Assembly: GCA_050287845.1 (NCBI GenBank) | Contig: JBNKCR010000007.1 | Location: 1-64,000 of the forward strand | From: Polyangia bacterium | GTDB lineage: Bacteria > Myxococcota_A > Polyangia > JAAYKL01 | Length of the DNA: 64,000 bases | Reading direction: 5' to 3' | Part shown: positions 21,187 through 31,606 of the stretch, piece by piece | How positions within the stretch are numbered: position 1 is the stretch's first letter | Layout: each line of letters begins with the position of its first letter | Position numbers and translations under genes: made by a program | Notes under the pieces: generated by a model | Told to the model about the DNA's origin: nothing | What the model saw: only the letters and a program-made list of their open reading frames with translations | Database searches by the model: none

Positions 21187-22593
21187 TCAAATTTCGAGAC
21201 AGCCGCTTCGGGCAAACACGCTGGATGCGGCCATCTCCAGCACGCCGAGTTCTGCCGCAAAATCCAGCACCGTATATCGTCCCCGTATCTCTCTGGCATA
21301 CAGGAATCCCCGCCGAAGATGGTCATCGGTCAAGCCCAACGCCCTGACGGTGATCGGGCATCCCGCCTTCTGCAGAACTTCCCGAATTCGCGCTGCCGGT
21401 TTCAGCATGCCCAGTGACTCCCAGATATATTTCCAGTTCGCAACAATAAACTCAAGTTCCCGGCGATAATCGTCATCATCAAATCTTTTCGCTGCAAACT
21501 CCGCCGCTGCCAGCTTCCCGAAGACCCCATGGCGTGCAGCGACGGTGTCCAGTTCCCTGGCTGCTGACAACCTCGCTGAAACCAATCGATCAATGTCCAT
21601 TGTCTCCGGCGAAAGCGCACCAAGGAATTCATAGAGTGCTGCACTCACCAGGGTGGCCACTCCCACCTGTGCACCGTGAAACCCTTCCACCCGTCCTTCC
21701 GCGGCAGCAGTCATATCCCAGTAATGACTGATGAGATGCTCTCCCCCCGAAGCGGGGCTCGACGAACCGGCCAGCTTCATGGAACAGCCACTGAGGAGCA
21801 GCGCTTCGGTGAGCACTCGAATGGCATCGACGTCCCGGGTTGCCAGACCATCCGCACAGGCAGCGGCTCTTGCTTCCGCCTCAGCAACCACAGCACCGGG
21901 CGCCGGGCAATACCAGCTCCCCCGCAACAGCGACGATAGTTTAAAGTCCGCGGTACTGACCGGCTTTGATTCCAAATCCCCAAGTCCCGCCTGAATCAGA
22001 TACAGCGGTGCGTCCACCAGGATATCAAGGTCTGCCACCACCGCAACCGGCTGATGGCAATCCACGGTAATTTTCAAACCGTCTTTCATGATTGCGGCAA
22101 TGGCGGATGTGTATCCATTCATCGAGGGCGCAGTAGCAACCACCAGATACGGAATGCCCAGCCGGTAGGACACAAGTTTTCCAAGATCATTGATGGTTCC
22201 GCTGCCCACCGCAACAATGAATTCGACATGCTGCAAATGTTGCTCGACATCGAGTACGGAATCGAAGGTGGCATGGGGGCGTCCCCCTTCCGCATCAGGA
22301 ACAACATACCGTGTCACCTCGAACCCGCCCGTTCGCAGGGAATCGCTCACGTCACGTCCCGCCAGGGCATCCGTGATAGCATCTGCAAGAACACCCATGC
22401 GTTTTCCCCGACTGAATCGCTGAACACACCGCAGCAAATCCCCAACGGCGCCGGGACGCAGGACAAATTGCTGTGTATCAATGGAATGCACCCGACCACA
22501 AGTGCACCGACCGGAGTATCCCGCCAACCCGTCCAGTTCAACCGGAATATCCGGAAAACCCTGTTCTGGTTTGCAATTATGATTATTTTTCAT
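21187..22593 (-). CDS. sn-glycerol-1-phosphate dehydrogenase (AraM/EgsA family)
   Basis: CTCGRVH N-terminus, VGSGTINDLGK, TAPSMNGYTS, AGLGD, SSPASGGEHLISHYW, HGAQVG; start 22593 (alternative 22647). Confidence 0.88.
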   Translation of the reverse strand: MKNNHNCKPEQGFPDIPVELDGLAGYSGRCTCGRVHSIDTQQFVLRPGAVGDLLRCVQRFSRGKRMGVLADAITDALAGRDVSDSLRTGGFEVTRYVVPDAEGGRPHATFDSVLDVEQHLQHVEFIVAVGSGTINDLGKLVSYRLGIPYLVVATAPSMNGYTSAIAAIMKDGLKITVDCHQPVAVVADLDILVDAPLYLIQAGLGDLESKPVSTADFKLSSLLRGSWYCPAPGAVVAEAEARAAACADGLATRDVDAIRVLTEALLLSGCSMKLAGSSSPASGGEHLISHYWDMTAAAEGRVEGFHGAQVGVATLVSAALYEFLGALSPETMDIDRLVSARLSAARELDTVAARHGVFGKLAAAEFAAKRFDDDDYRRELEFIVANWKYIWESLGMLKPAARIREVLQKAGCPITVRALGLTDDHLRRGFLYAREIRGRYTVLDFAAELGVLEMAASSVFARSGCLEI

Positions 22594-23033
22594 CGTATCA
22601 CCATTCCGTGCGTATCCGACCATGCAGTATTGCGGGTCGGCATTCATGAGGGCGCCCGCACGGGTGTCTTCTTGTTCTCTGACAGTATACCCGTGAAAAA
22701 CATAATTATATAGGTATGCTACGAGCTGGGTTACAATTTCATACCTCCCGGATCACGTGATGCGATTTCAGACGTTTTGGATTATCCTCATATTTCTATA
22801 TAGAGGTTGAATTTTTCAAACAGTAATTTGACACTCCGGTGACACCTGCTACGTTAAACACATCGCGCCCTGGCATATCCAAGTGCGAAAAGAGAAACCA
22901 GACGAACAGGAGCTGCAGGTGATTCCTGAAATGCGAAATGTATTTTTTTTATTACCAGCACAAAATTTCACACAGGAAACTATTCCCAGTGAATTTTCAT
23001 TCCCGCATCCGGTCTGTATGCCCTGGGGGCAAT

Positions 23034-23642
23034 ATGGCGATTCCCGGACGCCAGCAGATGACGAAAGCTGAACTTTTCATGAAGACAGGATTACTTTCAA
23101 ATTTCCACGCCGCTCTGTTGATGATTTGCACACTGGCACTTCCTCACCTGTCTCTGGCTCAGATACAACCCAAACTTCAGGCAGCAATTTTTGTCAAACT
23201 GCTCAATTATGATGCAGCTCTGGCAAAAAAATCGGCACAGAAAGTGATTTTTCATATCATTCTTGATGGAAAAACCAACTCCGGTGAATCCACGCTGACC
23301 ACAGAATTCAGCGTCATTTCCCGGCAGAAAGTCGCAGGGAAAAGCGTCCTGGTGGTATCAACCCGGCTGAGTACACTGGACGCGAATACCGACCCCAACG
23401 TCGCCAATGTGTATTATTTACCGGATGGCAGCGCCAGAACCACTCTGGACACCGTAGTCCGCAAGGCCACAGCCATGAAAATTCCCGTCCTTGCCGGCAA
23501 TGCCGAACTGGTTCAGAGTGGCGCCGCTGTGGGAATTACAGTGGCCAACGGGAAACCCAGGATTATCGTGAATCTCAAACAGAGCAGGGCAATGGGGATG
23601 AATCTTTCGTCTCAGCTGCTGAAACTTGTCAAAATTATCTGA
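23034..23642 (+). CDS. YfiR/HmsC family (DUF4154) periplasmic protein
   Basis: Signal peptide; LQAAIFVKLLNY; GAAVGI...NGKPRIIVNLKQSRAMGMNLSSQLLKL is a typical YfiR C-terminus; start uncertain (23034, 23058 or 23079). Confidence 0.8.
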   Translation: MAIPGRQQMTKAELFMKTGLLSNFHAALLMICTLALPHLSLAQIQPKLQAAIFVKLLNYDAALAKKSAQKVIFHIILDGKTNSGESTLTTEFSVISRQKVAGKSVLVVSTRLSTLDANTDPNVANVYYLPDGSARTTLDTVVRKATAMKIPVLAGNAELVQSGAAVGITVANGKPRIIVNLKQSRAMGMNLSSQLLKLVKII

Positions 23643-23645
23643 ACC

Positions 23646-24431
23646 ATGCGTACTGAAATTCCAGTACAGGTTCCCTTCACAAACTATTGTGATTCTGTGA
23701 AACAGGCGTTGGATGCCATCGGCGCAGCAGATGCTCTCCCAAAAAACAGATTGGTCATCCTGAAACCCAATCTGACCAACGACAGCCCGCCACCGGTAAC
23801 CACCCCCGTGGGTCTGGTGGAAGCGGTGTATCTGTATTGCAAAGCCCGCACATCAGCACCTATCTGCATTGGCGAAGGCTGCGGTTCGGGAAAGACAACG
23901 GATACCTTTGCACGAAATGGCTACACCCGGCTGGCCAGACGATACGGTATTGAACTCATCGACTTCAACAATGTACCAACAACCCGAATGGAAAACCCGG
24001 AGGCGTTGCAGCTCCACGAATTCTTTATGCCCACTGTCGCCATCGACGCCTTCATTGTCTCACTGCCGGTGCTTAAAGATCACTCGTTCACCACAACCAC
24101 CATCGCCATGAAAAATATGTTCGGTCTCGCCCCCGAGCGCATTTATGGCGGTTCGTGGAACAAATCCAGGCTACATTCGCCATCCACCCACCACTCCGTT
24201 GTCGACATCTGCCGATACAAAAAACCCGAACTGTGTGTGGTGGATGCCGTCACCGCCCTCACCGGTATGCACCTTGCCGGCACTCCAGAGCGGCTGAACA
24301 CCATTATTGCCGGGAGTGATGCGGTGGCCGTGGATGCCCTTGGCAGTCGACTGCTGGGCCACAATCCGGACACCATTGCCTATCTGCAACTGGCGAATGG
24401 AAAACTGGGTAACATTAACCCCACCTTCTGA
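23646..24431 (+). CDS. DUF362 domain protein
   Basis: VILKPN, IGEGCG, SLPVLKDH, AMKNMFG, DAVAVD. Confidence 0.88.
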   Translation: MRTEIPVQVPFTNYCDSVKQALDAIGAADALPKNRLVILKPNLTNDSPPPVTTPVGLVEAVYLYCKARTSAPICIGEGCGSGKTTDTFARNGYTRLARRYGIELIDFNNVPTTRMENPEALQLHEFFMPTVAIDAFIVSLPVLKDHSFTTTTIAMKNMFGLAPERIYGGSWNKSRLHSPSTHHSVVDICRYKKPELCVVDAVTALTGMHLAGTPERLNTIIAGSDAVAVDALGSRLLGHNPDTIAYLQLANGKLGNINPTF

Positions 24432-24522
24432 ATCTCCATTTCCCTGTCCGATACCGTTCCAGTTCCGCAGGACCCACGGTTTGAAGTTTTCTTCTTTGCC
24501 AACTTGTGGCATATCTCTGGCC

Positions 24523-26979
24523 ATGAGGAACGCCAACCGTCTGTGGCAAATCGCCTTTCTGGCAGCATCGAGTGCCTTCATCATTGAGTCCGTTGATTGT
24601 ATCACCGCCGGATGTGGACCGGGAACGCTGGTTCTGGCATTGCGGGCAAGCGCCATCAGTGCGCTCGCGGCAGGGCTGGCTGCATTTGCCGGGGCGTACA
24701 TGTTTCATAATAGAAACATAAAATTGCAGTTTGTGACTTCCCTCGTGCTGCTTGCTCCATTGGCCGTCACATCCGGGGTGCATGCCGCGTCAACTGCCAC
24801 ATTGAGCCGCATCCTTCCCGAGTCGTCTCAACTCTGGTTGCTTTCCGTTGTTTTTATGGTCTCTTACAGCAGCTATTTTCTGCTGCTGATCAGATGGCGA
24901 CAGAGCAGTCCGACACGCCTGATTTTTCGCGGCTTCACAGTGTTCGGTTGTCTGGTCACTGCCATCGGACTGTTTTCGCTGGCCGCCTGGCTCAAAAAAC
25001 TGCACTATCCTCTGGCCACTGCCGCTCTCTTTTTCTGCTGGTTGAATCTACAGATTGCGATGGAATCATTCATCCCATCGTTGTCAACTGCGGTGGCCCG
25101 TATCGGGGTGTGGGGATTTTTATCCCTTGGATTAATAATGACTTTCTGGCCGGTATCGCTGGAGGATACATTCATCGCATCAGACCAGGGCATTCTTGCC
25201 CGCGATCTGACGTCTCTGGGCAGATCCCATACGGTGGAAGAACTGGTTCAGCACACGCGTCCCCAGGTGCCGCGCCTACCGGAAACCCACTGGCCCACCA
25301 AAGAATCCCTGCCGCAACGGCCAGGCCAATCCGTTGTATTGATTTCAGTGGACGCCCTGCGGCCGGACCATCTCAGCTTCAACGGATACCGTCGGAATAC
25401 TTCTCCCAATATTGACGCCCTGCTCCGGCAGTCCATTGTTTTCGACGCCGCATACGCCGTGTCGCCGACCAGCTCATTTTCCATCCCCGCCATCCATACC
25501 GGGATGCTCATGGAGGAAAGGCTTAAAAGCGCCGCCCCCCTTCCACCGCTGCTGGCCTCCCGCCTGAGCAGCATGGGATACCGGACAATTGGCCTTTACC
25601 CCCAGAAAATTTTCTCGGTGGGTCCTGCCCTGATGCAACCCATCCGGGATCGGCAATTCGGATTTCAGCAGACCGAATTGCTTACCATGGACGCGCAAAA
25701 AGATGTGCAGACCGCATTGACTCATCTGCGACAGCATCCGCCGGGAACGCCGCTGTTCATGTGGATTCATTTTTACGATCCCCACTTGCCGTACACCTGT
25801 CATGACTCGCCATTCGGCAACGAAGCTGCGGACTGCTACGACGCGGAAATCTCCTGGTTGGATAGACACCTGCCCCCCCTGCTTCGGGAAATAGAAACCC
25901 GGCTGGACGATCCGATCGTTGTGTTTACCGCTGACCACGGCGAGGCATTCGGCGAACATGGACGCTTTTACCACTCCACTGACCTGTACGAGGAACAGAT
26001 ACGCGTTCCGCTGGCCTTCCGGGTGCCCGGCGTACCACCGCGTCGGGTCAAAACATCGGTTTCAAACAGCTTCATCTTCGATACCCTGCTCTCTCTGGTG
26101 GCCCCTGGAGAACCGATTTATCAGAACGATCTTCGTCCTTATATGCGGTCTGCCAAAAAAACGATGTCCGTGGTTTCAATGATGGGAGACAGACGATCAT
26201 TGGTGTTCGAAAATCACAAACTGATTTGCCAGAGGTGGCCCAGAGGCGCCTGCGCCCTGTTCAATCTGGCCTCTGACCCCGGTGAAAATGTGAACATGGC
26301 AGGACGCGACCTGCCCAGGATGGTTGAATTGCTCGGACTTTTGAAATCCTATTCCGAAAAGGAACTCGACCAACTGCGAACTACCGCGCCCGAAGCCATC
26401 ATTCTCGGCAGACTCAAGCGTTTTGAAGCCATCCCCGGTCTGAAGGAACTGGCACAGGACCCTTCTTCTCCCTTTGCGATTGAAGCGACCCGGCTGCTGG
26501 CATTGCTCAAGAATCGCAGTGTCGGGGAGACACTGGAAACGCTGATGACCTCCCGGATTCCCGAAGTCGCCGCATGGGCAGCAGTGGGCAGTTCGCTCGT
26601 GCATACATCGTTTGAACCTGAAATTCTGTATCCATTCCTCAATGACGACACCGACCTTGGGAACTGGAGTCGGATTGCCCTGGGCAGAAGTGGCAATCAC
26701 CGGGCGTTTGCGCCGTTATTGAAAATGCTGACCCATGATGAACCGGAACTCAGAGCACTGGCAGCACTGGCACTGGGGCGGCTTGGTGATCCCCACGCGG
26801 TTCCAGCGTTGATTTCATTACTGGACATCAAGCAGAGTCGATGGGCAGCCATTGAAGCACTGGGCGAACTGAAAGACAGAAGAGCGCTTCCGGTTCTGAC
26901 CACGCTGAAAGAAAACGAACCGGATATCAGTAATTTCCCCAGGTACGAACGCGCCATCGCACATATTGAGCAGAAGTGA
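24523..26979 (+). CDS. Multi-TM sulfatase-like hydrolase/transferase with C-terminal HEAT repeats
   Basis: About 7 TMs; VLISVDALRPDHL, WIHFYDPHLPY, TADHGEAFGEH, DPGE; HEAT repeats (RALAALALGRLGD, AIEALGELKD); start moved to ATG 24523. Confidence 0.85.
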   Translation: MRNANRLWQIAFLAASSAFIIESVDCITAGCGPGTLVLALRASAISALAAGLAAFAGAYMFHNRNIKLQFVTSLVLLAPLAVTSGVHAASTATLSRILPESSQLWLLSVVFMVSYSSYFLLLIRWRQSSPTRLIFRGFTVFGCLVTAIGLFSLAAWLKKLHYPLATAALFFCWLNLQIAMESFIPSLSTAVARIGVWGFLSLGLIMTFWPVSLEDTFIASDQGILARDLTSLGRSHTVEELVQHTRPQVPRLPETHWPTKESLPQRPGQSVVLISVDALRPDHLSFNGYRRNTSPNIDALLRQSIVFDAAYAVSPTSSFSIPAIHTGMLMEERLKSAAPLPPLLASRLSSMGYRTIGLYPQKIFSVGPALMQPIRDRQFGFQQTELLTMDAQKDVQTALTHLRQHPPGTPLFMWIHFYDPHLPYTCHDSPFGNEAADCYDAEISWLDRHLPPLLREIETRLDDPIVVFTADHGEAFGEHGRFYHSTDLYEEQIRVPLAFRVPGVPPRRVKTSVSNSFIFDTLLSLVAPGEPIYQNDLRPYMRSAKKTMSVVSMMGDRRSLVFENHKLICQRWPRGACALFNLASDPGENVNMAGRDLPRMVELLGLLKSYSEKELDQLRTTAPEAIILGRLKRFEAIPGLKELAQDPSSPFAIEATRLLALLKNRSVGETLETLMTSRIPEVAAWAAVGSSLVHTSFEPEILYPFLNDDTDLGNWSRIALGRSGNHRAFAPLLKMLTHDEPELRALAALALGRLGDPHAVPALISLLDIKQSRWAAIEALGELKDRRALPVLTTLKENEPDISNFPRYERAIAHIEQK

Positions 26980-27070
26980 TTTTTTATATGTGCCGCATTG
27001 AGCCTTCTTTAATTTCATGTCATAATTCAGGGAAATTTTTATACAGGCATCCGTAAAGACAGGTTCGTCC

Positions 27071-28687
27071 GTGCCGATAACCCGAATCAAGAGGTTCCAG
27101 TTGAAATTTCGCAACCTAATAAAATCACTGAAATTCAAAATGTTTCTGATTTCCAGTGTCGGCATCATCATGGTCAGCACAGTTTCCGTACTGCTTTTCA
27201 CTTATTTTTTCGTCACCAAATCGGAACAGGGACTGGCAGACAAGGCGGCTTCTCTGGCCAGGCTTCTTTCGGGAAACCTGGTTTCACCCCTTGATTTCGA
27301 ATCCATTCTCGGTGAAGCAGGTGAATCCGAAGAAGGTACAGCGATCCTGAAAACCGCAACAAAAGACAATGATTTCACGTATAGCGTGGTGTACCGGACT
27401 GACAAATCGGTTTTCGCGAAAGCCGGAAAGGTACCCGGGAATATTCGCAAATCTTTAAAGAAATTCAAGCAGATGTCCGGGGGGGCGAGCGTGCTCAACG
27501 AAGAGTTAATCCATGCAGCGCTACCCATTAAAAAAGATCAGAAATTATTGGGGACTCTGTATATCGGATTATCCAAAGAAACCCTGAAAGCCGGTACGGC
27601 AAGCATTGTAAAATTCACCGTTCTTTTCGCAACCGGCATATCGGCGATTTTCATCGCCGTCTTTTTCTTCACTATTTCCAGCACCACCATAAAGCCGATT
27701 CTGATTATCACCCGGTTGATGAAGCGGCTCGCCGGTGGAGATGTTCGCCCGCTGGGAAATGTATCACTGGGCACTGACACCACGGAAATCGTTGAAATGT
27801 ACCAGGCACTTGATTATGCGATTACCGCCATGAGAGAGAACCTGCAGTCCATTGCCTCCGTCGCCGATGCCCTCAATGAAACGTCTGACGACATTCTCTC
27901 CGGGTCAGCAGATCTGTCCGTGGCGGCCAATGAACAGGCAACCGCAGTGAATGAAACAACGGTAACCATTGAAGAAGTGGAAAAAACCGGACATCTGACC
28001 AGCGAAAATGCGAAAAACATTCAGTCGGTAGCGGATCGCACCCAGAAAATTTCCAATGAAGGATTAAGCGCCGTTGATATGACCCGGGCGCAGCTCGAAG
28101 ATGTTCAGACCCAGGTGGTCAATATTGTCGACAGTGCCAACCGCCTCAATGAAGAGCTGGAAGAAGTGGACCGGATCATCGCATCCGTGGCGGGGGTTAC
28201 CCAACAGTCCCATACGCTGTCCATCAACGCGTCCATCGAGGCCGTCAAGGCCGGTCAGAAAGGACGCGGTTTCGCGGTTGTTGCCAATCGAATCCGTGAC
28301 CTCTCCCAGCAGTCCAGGGAAGCGACGGAACACGTACGGGTCACGCTGACCGGGATTCAGCAGGCCATCGGCAGCATGCTCACTATTACCGGACAGGGGC
28401 TGGCGGCGGTTGAACGTGGCGTTGAGAGTATGGAGCGAACCGGTGAGGTCATTCAGCGACTTGGTGATTCCATCACCCGATCCACCGAAGCAGCCCGCAG
28501 CATCGCCCACAATACGTTTCAGCAGGCCACTGGTCTGGAACAGACCGCCCGGGCAATGAATGAAATCAATGATTCCACCCATAAGAATCTGAGCGGCATA
28601 GAAAAACTCCGACTGAGCGGTGAAGAACTGAAGGATCACGCAGTGGCGATGAAAGCCCTTGTGGATCTTTTTCAAATCACCGACTGA
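27071..28687 (+). CDS. Methyl-accepting chemotaxis protein with CHASE8-like periplasmic sensor and HAMP
   Basis: Two TMs, HAMP, signalling hairpin INASIEAVKAGQKGRGFAVVANRIRDLS; start may lie slightly downstream. Confidence 0.92.
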   Translation: MPITRIKRFQLKFRNLIKSLKFKMFLISSVGIIMVSTVSVLLFTYFFVTKSEQGLADKAASLARLLSGNLVSPLDFESILGEAGESEEGTAILKTATKDNDFTYSVVYRTDKSVFAKAGKVPGNIRKSLKKFKQMSGGASVLNEELIHAALPIKKDQKLLGTLYIGLSKETLKAGTASIVKFTVLFATGISAIFIAVFFFTISSTTIKPILIITRLMKRLAGGDVRPLGNVSLGTDTTEIVEMYQALDYAITAMRENLQSIASVADALNETSDDILSGSADLSVAANEQATAVNETTVTIEEVEKTGHLTSENAKNIQSVADRTQKISNEGLSAVDMTRAQLEDVQTQVVNIVDSANRLNEELEEVDRIIASVAGVTQQSHTLSINASIEAVKAGQKGRGFAVVANRIRDLSQQSREATEHVRVTLTGIQQAIGSMLTITGQGLAAVERGVESMERTGEVIQRLGDSITRSTEAARSIAHNTFQQATGLEQTARAMNEINDSTHKNLSGIEKLRLSGEELKDHAVAMKALVDLFQITD

Positions 28688-28830
28688 AAGCCTCCCCGCC
28701 AACTCAGCGTCCAGCCGTCCAGGTACCTTTTCAACGGAACGATTGCGATTTTACCCAATATCCTGTATTTGAACCGATACTGCTCAACCACTGTCCGGTT
28801 GTTCAGTCAGCATTCTGAAGGAGAACTATC

Positions 28831-30114
28831 ATGGGGAGTTTTATCGTTGAGGGGGGAATTCCATTAAACGGGGAATTAACCCCTTCCGGAAATAAAAATG
28901 AAGCACTACCTGTCCTGGCGGCATCGGTTCTGGCGACCTCTCCTTTGGAACTGAGCAATGTACCGCGCATCGGTGATATTCATACGATGATTCAAATCCT
29001 GACGGGACTCGGCATTGAGATTTCCAGCGACCGTGCGGAAACCCTGCATATCAATGCATCATCGCTGAACGATCAGGAACCGGACCAGAGTCTGTGCGAG
29101 AAAATTCGCGCCTCATTTCTTCTGGCCGGTCCGCTGCTTTCCAGACGGGGCCACATTACATTGCCCCGGCCGGGAGGGGACCGAATCGGTCGACGCCGAC
29201 TGGATACTCATATTCTTGCCCTCAAGCAATTGGGTGCGGATGTGGTCATCAGCAACTCCTATCATCTGACCGCTCCCAATGGTCTGAAAGGCGCTGAAAT
29301 TTTTCTCGACGAAGCCTCGGTGATGGCCACCGAAAACGCACTGATGGCGGCAGCTGCGGCAACCGGGGAATCGATGATTTACAACGCCGCATGCGAACCT
29401 CATGTTCAGGGGTTGTGCCACATGCTCAATGCAATGGGTGCCCGGATTTCCGGAATCGGCAGCAATGTGCTTCACATTCAGAGCGCGTCTTCCCTTACCG
29501 GATGCCACCATCGCATCATGAGTGATCATATCGAAATTGGCAGTTTCATCGGTCTGGCGGCGGTCACCGGCGGTGAAATCGCCATCAGAAATGTGGATGC
29601 CGAGCACCTGAGAATGATTCGACTGATGTTCAGACGACTGGGAGTGGAGACGGTACTGGAAGGGTCGACACTCACCGTGCCGCCCAATCAGAAAATGGAA
29701 GTCCGCCACGATCTGGATGGCGCCATTCCACGAATCGATGATGCACCCTGGCCGGGATTTCCCGCTGACCTGACATCCATTGCCGTTGTGACCGCCACCC
29801 AGTGCAACGGTACGGTGCTGATTCATGAAAAAATGTTTGAGAGCCGACTGTTTTTCACTGATGCACTGGTATCGATGGGGGCCCAGATAGTCCTTTGCGA
29901 TCCGCACCGGGTGGTCGTGAGCGGTCCTGCAGACCTATGGGGACAGGAACTGTCCAGTCCGGACATTCGGGCCGGCATGGCGCTGCTTATCGCTGCGCTG
30001 AAGGCAAAAGGGCGTTCGGTGATTCACAACATTCGCCAGATAGATCGAGGATATGAACGCATCGACTTGCGACTGAAAAAACTCGGCGCACGAGTGGAGC
30101 GGGTCCTGGTGTAA
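28831..30114 (+). CDS. murA: UDP-N-acetylglucosamine 1-carboxyvinyltransferase
   Basis: [32 protein letters not shown] (Asp at the usual catalytic Cys position), [23 protein letters not shown]. Confidence 0.96.
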   Translation: MGSFIVEGGIPLNGELTPSGNKNEALPVLAASVLATSPLELSNVPRIGDIHTMIQILTGLGIEISSDRAETLHINASSLNDQEPDQSLCEKIRASFLLAGPLLSRRGHITLPRPGGDRIGRRRLDTHILALKQLGADVVISNSYHLTAPNGLKGAEIFLDEASVMATENALMAAAAATGESMIYNAACEPHVQGLCHMLNAMGARISGIGSNVLHIQSASSLTGCHHRIMSDHIEIGSFIGLAAVTGGEIAIRNVDAEHLRMIRLMFRRLGVETVLEGSTLTVPPNQKMEVRHDLDGAIPRIDDAPWPGFPADLTSIAVVTATQCNGTVLIHEKMFESRLFFTDALVSMGAQIVLCDPHRVVVSGPADLWGQELSSPDIRAGMALLIAALKAKGRSVIHNIRQIDRGYERIDLRLKKLGARVERVLV

Positions 30115-30234
30115 GATTTTCGGGGAGGCGCCTATTGACAATGTGCCGCGCTGAGCGTAAGCAAAAAAGCCCGAACCCAACAAAAAATAACCATCGAAAA
30201 ATATTTCGTGAAACTTCTTGAGGAGAGAAAAACT

Positions 30235-31395
30235 ATGAACGAATTCCTATTTACTTCAGAATCTGTTTCTGAGGGACATCCGGACAAAGTATGTGATCAG
30301 ATTTCAGACGCCATCCTGGACGCCTGCCTCGTCGACGATCCCAACTCCCGCGTTGCAGTGGAAACCATGGTGAAAACCGGCATGGCTGTTATCGCCGGTG
30401 AAATTACCACCGAAACCTGGGTGGATATGCCGAAAATTGTTCGCGAAACAATCCGGAATATCGGATACAACCACTCATCAACGGGATTCGATGCGGATAC
30501 CTGTGCGGTGCTCACCGCCATCGAAAAGCAATCGCCTGACATTTCGCAGGGCGTCACCTCCGGCGAAGGACTTTATAAAGAGCAGGGCGCCGGAGATCAG
30601 GGAATGATGTTCGGTTATGCGTGCAATGAAACCAAAGAGCTGATGCCGTTGCCCATTTCTCTTGCCAACGATTTAATGAAAAATCTGTCCGTGCTTCGCA
30701 AAAAAGGCGTCGTGGATTTCCTGCGCCCGGACAGCAAATCGCAGGTGACCTGTAAATATGTGGACGGCAAACCGGTTGCCGTTGAAACAGTGGTTGTGTC
30801 TACCCAGCACGCCGAAAACGTTTCCCACAAGAAACTGACAAAATGGGTTAAAGATGAACTCATTATCCCAACAATTCCCGAAAAGTTCATCACCAAATCA
30901 ACCAAAATCTACGTGAATCCCACAGGGCGCTTTGTTTATGGTGGCCCCTATGCCGATGCCGGGCTCACCGGCCGAAAAATTATCGTGGACACCTACGGGG
31001 GAATGGGGGCTCACGGTGGCGGCGCTTTTTCGGGAAAAGACCCGTCGAAAGTGGATCGTTCCGCTGCATATTACGCCCGCTACCTTGCCAAAAACATCGT
31101 TGCAGCAAAACTGGCATCCAGATGTCAGGTGCAGTTGGCATACGCCATCGGTGTTGCACAGCCGGTTTCCGTTCTCGTGCAGACGTTTGGCACTGGTAAA
31201 GTGGACGAGGCGGAACTGGCCGCGTATCTCATGAAGAATTTTGACATGCGTCCCGCTGCAATTATCGAGCAACTTGATCTGCTCAAACCCGGATACATCG
31301 ATACCGCCGCCTATGGCCATTTCGGCAGAAAAGGCAAGCGCTTCACCTGGGAAAAAACCGATCGCGCCAACGAACTGAAAGCCGCACTGCTCTAG
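30235..31395 (+). CDS. metK: S-adenosylmethionine synthetase
   Basis: [58 protein letters not shown] before ATG 30235. Confidence 0.98.
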   Translation: MNEFLFTSESVSEGHPDKVCDQISDAILDACLVDDPNSRVAVETMVKTGMAVIAGEITTETWVDMPKIVRETIRNIGYNHSSTGFDADTCAVLTAIEKQSPDISQGVTSGEGLYKEQGAGDQGMMFGYACNETKELMPLPISLANDLMKNLSVLRKKGVVDFLRPDSKSQVTCKYVDGKPVAVETVVVSTQHAENVSHKKLTKWVKDELIIPTIPEKFITKSTKIYVNPTGRFVYGGPYADAGLTGRKIIVDTYGGMGAHGGGAFSGKDPSKVDRSAAYYARYLAKNIVAAKLASRCQVQLAYAIGVAQPVSVLVQTFGTGKVDEAELAAYLMKNFDMRPAAIIEQLDLLKPGYIDTAAYGHFGRKGKRFTWEKTDRANELKAALL

Positions 31396-31606
31396 ACCGA
31401 ATCAATATTCCGAAGCCCTTCATCCATTCCCTTCTGCCCCCTTTTTTTCCCAGATGTCTGTTGCATTCCATTGAGCCCTCCAGTTTCCGGTAATGTTACG
31501 TGAAATCGTATGGTTCGATTCCATGAACATTTCTTTGCACATCTACGGTCGACGTCGTAAAATCCAAAAAAAGCGCTATATTTCGCGTACGCATAAGGGA
31601 GTCGAT

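Noticed and set aside
30115..30234. SAM riboswitch upstream of metK
   Set aside because: Short A-rich leader with no SAM-I or SAM-II consensus; only a TTGACA with a weak -10
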